Part shown: piece after piece, positions 1-7,650 of the stretch
How the letters are laid out: each line of letters begins with the position of its first letter
Numbering within the stretch: the first letter of the stretch is position 1
NCBI GenBank assembly: GCA_963840455.1
Contig: CAWIYV010000004.1
Location: 1-64,000, forward strand
Length of the DNA: 64,000 nucleotides
Direction of reading: 5' to 3'
DNA from: Nitrospirota bacterium
GTDB lineage: Bacteria; Nitrospirota; UBA9217
The notes under the pieces: model-generated
Databases searched by the model: none
What the model saw: only the letters and a program-made list of their open reading frames with translations
Told to the model about the DNA's origin: nothing
Translations under genes and position numbers: made by a program

Positions 1-558
1 CCGAAACATCTTTTTCAGCGGCGACGCAGATCGTCGGCGACATCGTGGGCGTACCGGATGACCCAGAAGGACCGTTCCCGGTCCGATGCTGTCCGTCGGC
101 CCCGCATAGATTCTGCACCACACACAGGCCGAATTCGTCCTGATGTCCCATCACTCGTCCCATTCGCGCTCGTACTGCTTGTACTTTCGCCCAACACCCT
201 GCCACGCTCATCCGGAGTCCCGACAATGTTCCGGAAGGCACGGACAGTAATGGTCGTGAAGCTCCACGGCCAGCGCCTTGCTCCCGCCGGCGATCTCCTT
301 GTCCATGATCCAGAAGGTAACGGCAAGTATCTCGTGGAAGACCGTCTCGGGCGGTACATCCTTGAATGGCGGGTCAAGCCGCTGCAAGTCGTCCTTCACG
401 AACTCCGTTGCATGCCGGACGGCCAGCTCGAACAGAAAGGCTCCGAGTTCCCTGCGCGCCTGGTCCTTCGGCAGCCGCTTGATCCGCTCGGCCTGTTCCC
501 GTGTCAGGAGCTCGTGCCTGCCGGTGAGCTTTCTCTTGAACCACGTAATGATCGTCAT
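1..558 (-). pseudogene. Hypothetical protein with several apparent frameshifts in its 3' half (pseudogene or indel errors)
   Basis: ATG at 558 (MTIITWFKRK...). Protein-like segments continue in different frames after ~250 (VRAFRNIVG; KYKQYEREWDE; GHQDEFGLCVVQN; ERSFWVIRYAHD). Confidence 0.45.
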
Positions 559-1001
559 GGGGTGGCTGTTCCTCCGCTCTTGTAACATCGGTGGCATCAT
601 ACCACGTTGTCCCATCGTACTCAAGTGTCCTAAGAGCCTCTGGTCATGCCGGCAGTAATGAAAAAACTGTTTACACCGTTTTGATTTTATGCTACTGTTT
701 TCCCGTAACAGTCCAATACATGATACATCAATGCGGACGGACGCGCCCGGGAGCCAGCCAGCAGTGGGTCCCGGGAGAGAAGGCTGGATAACGATGCCAT
801 GGCATCGCGTCCGGCCTTTTTTCATTTGTACAGAGAGCAGCAGGCAGACGACGCAGACCTGGGGAGGCTGCGGCTATCCTGATCATTCCGGCGCAGGTCA
901 TGCGGCATTCGGCGCCCCCTCCCCGCGGCATCCCGGCATTCATCGCGAACACGAGAGACCGCTCCGGGCAGTCCTCGCTATTCTCTCTCAGGAGGTGTGC
1001 T

Positions 1002-1428
1002 ATGGGATTATTCGGCAATCTGTTCGGCAAGAAGGAAGAACTTCCCCCGCTCGACCCGGCCAGCCCCGCGGCGAAGCGGCTGGAGAAGTTCAAGACCGAG
1101 CTCGAAGCGTTCGTCGCCAAGATGAACGACACGCTCGAATTCGTGCCCGCCGATGAGGCGGTCTACTGCTTCATCGGCAAGCCGCCGGCCATGTTCGGCA
1201 TGGCCTGGTTCCATGACGGCAAGGAGCACAACATGAAGACGCTCGCCAAGGACAAGGGGCTCTCCAACAAGAAGCTCGCAGATCATGTCCCTCAAGCTCG
1301 GCGAGGCCTATCAGAAGCACATGGGTGAACCCTCCTTCTCGACCGCTATCGCCGGTAAGAGCGTCAAGGTCCACCCCTCCGACGCTCTGCGCAATGACGT
1401 AGTCCAGATCATCCACGTCCTCGAGTAG
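1002..1428 (+). pseudogene. Hypothetical protein with a single +1 frameshift near 1278
   Basis: SD AGGAGG then ATG 1002 (MGLFGNLFGKK...). After KKL the typical-codon frame shifts to QIMSLKLGEAYQKH...VVQIIHVLE*, TAG 1426-1428. Length 427 = 3n+1. Terminator follows. Confidence 0.65.
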
Positions 1429-1456
1429 TTCTGGTCTCGCCCTACCGATGTTCACC

Positions 1457-1481
1457 AAGCGGCCTTCGGGCCGCTTTTTTA
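1457..1481 (+). terminator. Rho-independent terminator
   Basis: AAGCGGCC-TTCG-GGCCGCTT followed by a T run. Confidence 0.85.
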
Positions 1482-1558
1482 TTGCGCACGACCGACATGC
1501 CAGGCCGCCTGTCCCCGCTCGCCCGACGGTGTTCTCCAGGCAGGATATCCTCTCTCCG

Positions 1559-1612
1559 CTACGAACTTCTTCCTAGGAACAAATACCCATCGTCATAGGA
1601 ACTAATGCCGAT
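1559..1612 (+). promoter_or_regulatory. Clustered 7-4-7 inverted-repeat sites (candidate NarL/LuxR-family operator)
   Basis: CTACGAA-CTTC-TTCCTAG (1559), CTAGGAA-CAAA-TACCCAT (1573), ATAGGAA-CTAA-TGCCGAT (1595). Same motif as 13759-13798. TATAAT at 1640. Confidence 0.55.
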
Positions 1613-1685
1613 TTCCCTTTTTCCCTCCGCGTAGTATCCTATAATCAACAAGAGCAAGAAAACCACCCTTAAGGAGGGAATGAAC

Positions 1686-2051
1686 ATGTTGAACAAAGGC
1701 GGACATAAAGTGGCGGCAGGGACCTACTGGAATCTGGCGAACGGCAATCGGGTGAACATGGAGCAGGAAGGCGTGCTTCCGGGAGACGGGAAGGCCCGGT
1801 ACCTCAAGGCCCCGGTGGCGGTCATGCTGGTGGCGGCCCCGGTGATCGGCCTGGTCTTTGCCGTGTTCCTCCCCTTCATCGGCATCGCGATGACCCTGAG
1901 CCTGATCGGCAAGAAGCTGGTCGATGGCGTGGCATCGGCGGCTGCGGGCAGCATGTCCTTCGGGTGGCGGCCCATCGAGGCCTACCTGGCCGGCCGGAAA
2001 CGGACGAAAGAAGCGCGGGAGAAGAAGTCGGACAAAGGCGCAAAAAGCTAA
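1686..2051 (+). CDS. Small membrane protein (soluble N-terminal GTYW domain, hydrophobic hairpin, basic tail)
   Basis: SD AAGGAGG at 1671; hydrophobic stretch VAVMLVAAPVIGLVFAVFLPFIGIAMTLSLIG; terminator downstream. Confidence 0.8.
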   Translation: MLNKGGHKVAAGTYWNLANGNRVNMEQEGVLPGDGKARYLKAPVAVMLVAAPVIGLVFAVFLPFIGIAMTLSLIGKKLVDGVASAAAGSMSFGWRPIEAYLAGRKRTKEAREKKSDKGAKS

Positions 2052-2075
2052 CGTACCACGAGCTGGGCACAGAGG

Positions 2076-2109
2076 AAGGCGGGACCGGTCACACGATCCC
2101 GCCTTTTTT
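2076..2109 (+). terminator. Rho-independent terminator
   Basis: AAGGCGGGA...TCCCGCCTT followed by a T run. Confidence 0.75.
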
Positions 2110-2265
2110 GTATCCATTGATCGGAACTAGCAGAAACCGCATCTTTCCGATTATTTATGCAATATTCTTCTCCACACAAAAAATATGCGTTTCCATATGG
2201 TATCTTCGACATATCGAACGTTCGCACGTTGCTGACCCACCACTCTCACTGAAAGGAGGAAAGGA

Positions 2266-3579
2266 ATGAGAACCATTCGTACCACAGCAGTACTTGCATT
2301 CCTCGCGCTGCCGCTCCTGCTGCCGACAGGGGCACTAGCCGCAGCGGCGGAAGGCAAAAAGGCGAAGAGCATCGACGAACTGGCTAAGATGTACGATTCG
2401 ACAGGCTGCAAACAATGCCATGAGGAGATCTACAAGGAGTGGGAAAAATCGCTCCATGCCCGGTCGATCTATGGCACCGGCAGGACCGCGGCGACGATCA
2501 AGACAACGGTCACCGTGGGGCTCATGGGCTGGAAGCATTCCGGCGTAAAAAAGCCCGAGGACGTGGAGAACCGGCACCTCGCCATCTGCACGAAATGCCA
2601 CCTCCCGCAGTTGGCGGACGCCACGGACGACGTGGCCAAGGAGATCGTGAAGAATGTCAATATCTTCATGGACCCCAAGTCCAGTGATGACGCGAAGAAC
2701 AAGGCGGAGCAGCAGCTGACCAAGGTCAGCATCAACTGCCTCGTCTGCCACCAGCGGAACGCGATCACCCACAAATGGGTGGACGGGTTCCCGCAGAAGA
2801 ACGAGGTCTTCGGCTCGAAGGAAGGCAGCCATCCGGACCCGGCGCATCCGGTCATGAAGAAGAGCCCCATCATGTCAGAATCCATCCTGTGCGGCCAGTG
2901 TCACGGCCTCGGGCCGAACTTCGAGCTCGAGAACCCCTCGCAATGCGGCACGCTCTACGGCAGCTACCTCTGGGCCTACCGCGCCGAAGGCGGCCAGGAA
3001 AGCTGCCAGGAATGCCACATGAAGAAGAGCAAGCTCGGCCACAACATGCAGAGCTACAATGACCTGAACATGGGAAAGGCGGCCGTGGACTTCCGGGTCG
3101 AGACCCTCGGCTATATCTGGCGCGACAAGGCGAAGATGATACCCCAGACGCTGGTCAAGATCGAGATGATCAACCGCGCCGGCCACGCCATCCCGGACGG
3201 CTGACCCACACCCAACCGGCTGGTCCTGGAAGTGACCGCGAAAGATTCAAAAGGAAAAGAGATAGCGAAGCATACCCGTATTTACATGCCCATTCCCCAG
3301 CAGCTCGGCCGCGGCGACAAGATGGGCCGCGGGCCCTACGAGAAAAGCGGCATCATTCGCGACAACGGCCTGCCTCCGAACAGGCCAGTGCTTGAACAGT
3401 TCGAGATCCCCTTCCCTGCTGAGTTCGTCAAGAAGGACGGCAAGGACGTGACCAACATCCTGGACTACGATATGACCGTGGACATCGAGCTCATCTACGA
3501 GCCCTTTGGCGACAAGGACACGGGCATCACGTGGCACAAGGTGACGAAGAAGATCACGCTTGAGAAGGGCGGAGTATAA
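2266..3579 (+). CDS. Multiheme c-type cytochrome selenoprotein, ExtKL-like (437 aa, Sec313)
   Basis: Signal peptide; 5 CxxCH motifs; ORFs 2266-3204 and 3232-3579 share one frame joined across TGA 3202-3204 (GHAIPDG-U-PTPNRLVLEV); SECIS-like hairpin 3219-3239. Confidence 0.88.
3219..3239 (+). promoter_or_regulatory. Putative bacterial SECIS element
   Basis: GC-U-GGUC-CU-GGA-AG-U-GACC-GC stem-loop; GGA loop begins 23 nt after the UGA. Confidence 0.65.
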
Positions 3580-3629
3580 GGGTCAGGAGACACTGAAGGC
3601 TGAAGACAGAAGAACGACCAGAAAAATAG

Positions 3630-3664
3630 AACGCCGGCGGGATCGCATCCTGCCGGCGTTTTTT
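3630..3664 (+). terminator. Rho-independent terminator
   Basis: AACGCCGGCGGGAT-CGC-ATCCTGCCGGCGTT followed by a T run. Confidence 0.85.
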
Positions 3665-3665
3665 A

Positions 3666-3872
3666 TTGAAGTTCCCTGCAGTAAAATGCAGGGAATCGTC
3701 GATCCTCAGGGATGTCTTTTTATCCTGGCTCCCGGGCAATACGCTCGCGCTTGGATTGAAGCTCCCTGCAGCAAGCTGCAGGGAATCTTCGATCCTCAAG
3801 GAACTTTTATTATTCTAATCGCCCGCTAACCCCGCAGCAAGCTACGGGGAATGCGCTCGCTCCTGGATTCAA
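3666..3872 (+). repeat. Head-to-tail pair of the dispersed two-hairpin element (degenerate 3666-3757, intact 3756-3872)
   Basis: TTGAAG-CTCCCTGCAGCAAGCTGCAGGGAAT...CCCCGCAGCAAGCTACGGGGAAT-GCGCTCGCTCCTGGATTCAA; homologous to copies at 38994, 54435 and 58589. Confidence 0.85.
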
Positions 3873-3888
3873 CAGACCTTATTTCTTG

Positions 3889-4851
3889 CTATTTGAGGAT
3901 ACCCTTCACGATCACGTCAACCGCTTCCTCGGGCGAGAGGCCGTGGGCCATGAGGGTCTCCATCTGGCGTTTGTCCACGCTCCCGATGGCGGCCTCGTGG
4001 GTCACCTTGGCGCCGGGGTCGTTCACCTGCACGATCGGGACCGCCCGCGCCACGGCCCGGTCCTTCACGATCTCCATGCAGTCCACGTGGCCGCGCGCAC
4101 CCTCTGCATTGCCCTCGGTGATGCCCGTGACCTCGGCTGTCGCGTCGTCCTCGATGGCAACGCGGGTCTTGATGATGCTGCGGCTGTTCTTCCCCGCAAG
4201 CAGGACCTTGTCGCGGATATGGATATCATCCGTAGCATGGCCGAAGACCCTTGCCGTCAGCTCGGCAACGGCGTTCTCTCCGGCCTCGACCGTGTAATCG
4301 ATGTCGAGCTTCCCCACCCTGCCGGTGGTCAGCGTGAAGTCGGTGAAGTACCGGCCATTCCTGCCCACCTGAACCGACAGTTTCGGCACGACCGTCACCC
4401 CGCCATGCGGACCGTGGTAGTGGGTCTCGGAGTACCGCATCTCCGCGCCCTCGCCTATGGAGACCGTGGCGTCCATGATGTGCCGGACCTTCTCTGCTTT
4501 CGGGAAGATGCAGTGGGCGATGAAGTGCGCCGACGCGCCCTCCTCGAGCTTCACCTCCATGGCGATCTTCTGCGTCCCCTTCTTGTGGAGGACACCAAAG
4601 CACATGTGGACCGGGTTCAGGAGCTTCACACCCTTCTTCACCGTCACCTGTGCACTGATGCCGTTCCAGGTCTCCCGCGCCCTGACCTCCAGCCCCTCGA
4701 CCGTGCGGCTGCTCAGGATGCGATGCCCGCTCGCGGCCAGGTGGGCAAAGCCCGCGTCGGCCAGGGCCTTCACGTCGCCGCCCGCGCTGCCGAAGCACGC
4801 GGTCAGTTCTTCGAGCTCAGACATAGTGGCACTCCCGTCCAGTGCAGACAT
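3889..4851 (-). CDS. SufB/SufD-family Fe-S assembly scaffold (SmsB-like)
   Basis: ARGHVDC and VTHEAAIGSVDK motifs; adjacent to a SufC-like ATPase. Confidence 0.88.
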   Translation of the reverse strand: MSALDGSATMSELEELTACFGSAGGDVKALADAGFAHLAASGHRILSSRTVEGLEVRARETWNGISAQVTVKKGVKLLNPVHMCFGVLHKKGTQKIAMEVKLEEGASAHFIAHCIFPKAEKVRHIMDATVSIGEGAEMRYSETHYHGPHGGVTVVPKLSVQVGRNGRYFTDFTLTTGRVGKLDIDYTVEAGENAVAELTARVFGHATDDIHIRDKVLLAGKNSRSIIKTRVAIEDDATAEVTGITEGNAEGARGHVDCMEIVKDRAVARAVPIVQVNDPGAKVTHEAAIGSVDKRQMETLMAHGLSPEEAVDVIVKGILK

Positions 4852-5542
4852 CGCAGTGCCTCGCCTTGTAATGCTCTGCCACCTTCGCCGGGTTCCCTGT
4901 GCAGACGATCCGCCCCCCGCAGAGCTGCGATGCCCGGTCCGCGATTGCGGCGATTTCCTCGCGGTGGGTGATGAGCAGCACTGCGGACCCTCCGGCTTTG
5001 AATGCCGCGATCACGTTGATGATATCCTGCGTGGAGAGCATATCGATGCCCGAGTCGGGCTCATCGAGGATGGCGAGCTTCGGCTGGAGCGCCAGCAGCG
5101 AGGCTAGTTCGATCCGTTTCCGCTCGCCGCCGGAGAGCGACCGGTCTACCATGCGTCCCTCGTACCGCTGAGCGCTCATGCCCACGAGTTCGAGATATTG
5201 GGCCGGATCGCCGCTGTCGCGCCGCAGCAAGAGATACTGGTTCACCGTGATGCCCTCGAACCGGACCGGCTCCTGCCACGCCATGGTGATGCCCAGCCGG
5301 GCCCGCTCGTGCACCTTGAGTCCCGCGAGGGACTTGCCGTCGAAGGCCACATCGCCGGACGTCGCTCCGTATCCCTCGCACCCCATGATCACGGAAGCCA
5401 GAGTGCTCTTGCCCGTCCCGTTCGTACCGATGAGCGCATGGACCTCTCCCCCCTCGACGGACAGCGACAGACCATCCAGGATACGCGCGGCGTGGTGCGC
5501 ATTCGTTTCGTAGACCAGGTCGTGTATTTCGAGAAGCGCCAT
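4817..5542 (-). CDS. SufC-like ABC ATPase (SmsC-like)
   Basis: Walker A GTNGTGKST, LSGGERKR, ILDEPDSG; C-terminal Cys cluster CDVCTGREC. Confidence 0.88.
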   Translation of the reverse strand: MALLEIHDLVYETNAHHAARILDGLSLSVEGGEVHALIGTNGTGKSTLASVIMGCEGYGATSGDVAFDGKSLAGLKVHERARLGITMAWQEPVRFEGITVNQYLLLRRDSGDPAQYLELVGMSAQRYEGRMVDRSLSGGERKRIELASLLALQPKLAILDEPDSGIDMLSTQDIINVIAAFKAGGSAVLLITHREEIAAIADRASQLCGGRIVCTGNPAKVAEHYKARHCDVCTGRECHYV

Positions 5543-5738
5543 AGCACGGCAATGTGACAGCAGGAAGCCGTCGCCTTTCTATCTATATTGTACACGAGCA
5601 GACGGGTGAATGGGTAGAGAGGGGTGCCTTATGCGACGACAGCCGGATCCGATACGTACACGGTGAGGGACAAAAAAAGGCCGCTTCCCGAGAGGGAAAC
5701 GGCCGGAAAAGCTTGAAAAATTTGCGTGGCAGACAGGA

Positions 5739-6044
5739 TCAGCAGCTGCAGGAGCCGCAGGATGAGCTTTCCTTCTGCATGCCAGAGAGCACGAAACCCT
5801 GACCTTCTGCAAAATCAATGGTCGTGTTCTCAAGCATCTGGTTCGCGCGGTCCTCCAGATATACCTTCAACCCGCTCTGCTCGAGGGTCATGTCGCCCGC
5901 CTGGGCGGCTTTGGCTATGTCCATAGCCAGCGAGGGGCTTCAGCCGCCGGGCACAAGGAATATCCTGATGCCGTCGCCTGCCGTACCCTGCTGGATGACC
6001 ACTTCCTTGAACTTTGTTACCGCACCGTCTGTAATGCTTACCAT
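5739..6044 (-). CDS. HesB/IscA-family selenoprotein (101 aa, Sec35)
   Basis: SD AAGGAGG then ATG 6044; MVSITDGAVTKFKEVV...GIRIFLVPGG-U-SPSLAMD; TGA 5940-5942 sits at the conserved GGC position; C-terminal CGSCSC. Confidence 0.88.
5912..5929 (-). promoter_or_regulatory. Putative SECIS element
   Basis: Perfect hairpin UGGCUAU-GGAC-AUAGCCA starting 10 nt after the UGA. Confidence 0.7.
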
Positions 6045-6136
6045 CACATCCTCCTTGAAGTTAACCAGAGAAGAACCCTGATCGATATCGATTATCAATA
6101 GTGCCGTATATTACTCCTATATTCAACTATTCGCAA

Positions 6137-6586
6137 CTACTTTTTCAGGCCTTCCCCTTTGCCCGCGGACAACGCCCCGATAAACCCTTGTATCTTTTCT
6201 CGTATTTCGTCCCTCGCCCGGCGAAATTCCTTCATAATGGTCACTTCCGTGCCGATGGTCCCGACAGGGTCCTTGACGGGCCAATGAATACGTTTCACTT
6301 CCGGCGGGGTCCGGGGACAGGCCTCTTCGGCATTTCCACAGAGCGTAATCACCACATCCATGGTACGCAGCAGATCCGGGTCTATCTCCCGGGAACGCTG
6401 GCCCGAGATGTCGATCTCCACCTCCCGCATGACGGCTATCGCCCGCGGATGGACGCCTGCCGCCATCAACCCGGCGCTGTGGGCCTCGATCAGTCCTTTG
6501 CCCAGATCACGCGTGAATCCCTCCGCCATCTGGCTCCTGCAGGAGTTGCCCGTACAGAGGAACATGACCTTCAGCATCGGCAGCAC
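6137..6586 (-). CDS. arsC: Thioredoxin-dependent arsenate reductase (LMW-PTP fold)
   Basis: FLCTGNSCRSQMAEG, ITLCG..EEACP and HWPVKDP motifs. Confidence 0.88.
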   Translation of the reverse strand: MLPMLKVMFLCTGNSCRSQMAEGFTRDLGKGLIEAHSAGLMAAGVHPRAIAVMREVEIDISGQRSREIDPDLLRTMDVVITLCGNAEEACPRTPPEVKRIHWPVKDPVGTIGTEVTIMKEFRRARDEIREKIQGFIGALSAGKGEGLKK

Positions 6587-6629
6587 CTCGCATCAGTCAA
6601 TGCCCTGCTTTTCAATGCGCACATTCTAT

Positions 6630-6872
6630 CTATAACTCGCCTCTGATCATGTCCTTGATCATGTCCATGGAAGGTATCGGCTTGCCGGAGTGCTTGACCT
6701 TCCCGTTCACGACGAGCCCCGGGGTCGACAGGACACCATGTTTGGCGATCTCGCCGATATCGGTGACCTTTACAACGGAAGCGGTGATACCGAGCTCCTT
6801 CAGCGCCACTTTGACCATCTCCACCATTTTCTGGCAGTTGAAGCATCCGGGGCCGAGTACCTTCACTTCCAT
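6630..6872 (-). CDS. Small redox-active disulfide protein (MTH895-like thioredoxin family)
   Basis: MEVKVLGPGCFNC...GVLSTPGLVVNGKVKHSGK. Confidence 0.88.
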   Translation of the reverse strand: MEVKVLGPGCFNCQKMVEMVKVALKELGITASVVKVTDIGEIAKHGVLSTPGLVVNGKVKHSGKPIPSMDMIKDMIRGEL

Positions 6873-6894
6873 GAAAGATCCTCCTCGAACGATA

Positions 6895-7191
6895 TCATGC
6901 CGGTACGCCCGCCTCTCTCAGAATTGCCTCATCGAGCATTATCTCAGGAATGGACGCCTATGCCTTGTTCTTATAGATGAAGGCCCTACATTCCGTCGGT
7001 TTCCCGGTCAGGTCAGTGCAGGACCGGCAAAAGATGAAGAAGTCACCGCGCTCACTCAGCATTTCCATGATGTCCTGGCCGTTGATGGACACTGAATTCA
7101 ACCGGTCGATCCTGTGCTCGTCGATCGAGTACTCCTTCAGATCGATGGCGATGCCCCGTTCCCACGGGACAGGAGATAAATGAGAAAACCC
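6895..7191 (-). pseudogene. 5'-truncated DUF2703-like gene with internal TAG
   Basis: Start-less frame GIAIDLKE...NSVSINGQDI...CRSCTDLTGKPTECRAFIYKNKA*ASIPEIMLDEAIL; TAG 6958-6960; upstream of the ars-type genes. Confidence 0.6.
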
Positions 7192-7237
7192 TTAGGAACG
7201 CCCGACGGACAATGCGTTCTCATTGCAGGACAAATGC

Positions 7238-7585
7238 TCATCTGTCTGATCGCCGTATCTCGACCGGGGTAATGCATTTCTGATACTCGGGAGACGGCGA
7301 TGTGCACGGCGTGCCCAGGAGCGTAACGGTCCGGTTCTGGTCGCGATCCATTAGTTGCCTGGCCAGGTCCCCGGTTACCAGATAGACCTTGTCCTTTGTC
7401 ACCCGGTCAGGGTCCTCGCCCTGCGGGACCAGAACGACGCGCGTAAATGGCGCGTTCCCCTTCACGCGGATGACGCCGGTCGCGGATATCATGTCTGCGG
7501 AATTGTTGCTTCCCATGGCCCAACCAGAGGACGACACAACTGTTAGCAGCAGGCATGCCGAGATCACATATGGAACAGCCCTCAT
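7238..7585 (-). CDS. Small exported hypothetical protein
   Basis: Signal peptide MRAVPYVISACLLLTVVSSSGWA; Cys pair near the C-terminus. Confidence 0.6.
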   Translation of the reverse strand: MRAVPYVISACLLLTVVSSSGWAMGSNNSADMISATGVIRVKGNAPFTRVVLVPQGEDPDRVTKDKVYLVTGDLARQLMDRDQNRTVTLLGTPCTSPSPEYQKCITPVEIRRSDR

Positions 7586-7650
7586 GATCATCCTTTCTTT
7601 CTCATGTCTGTTTAGCGGTAGCGCCGCTGACAACAGACTCATTATGCGGA

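Noticed and set aside
2120-2151. Another 7-4-7 operator upstream of the selenocytochrome
   Set aside because: The half-sites ATCGGAA and TTCCGAT are 18 nt apart, not 4.
3666-3872. CRISPR array
   Set aside because: Only two degenerate units, internal segments are conserved between loci rather than unique spacers, and no cas genes are present.
6958-6960. In-frame TAG as pyrrolysine
   Set aside because: The gene also lacks a start and its 5' end; a TAY-to-TAG nonsense change in a pseudogene is simpler, and no pyl genes are seen.
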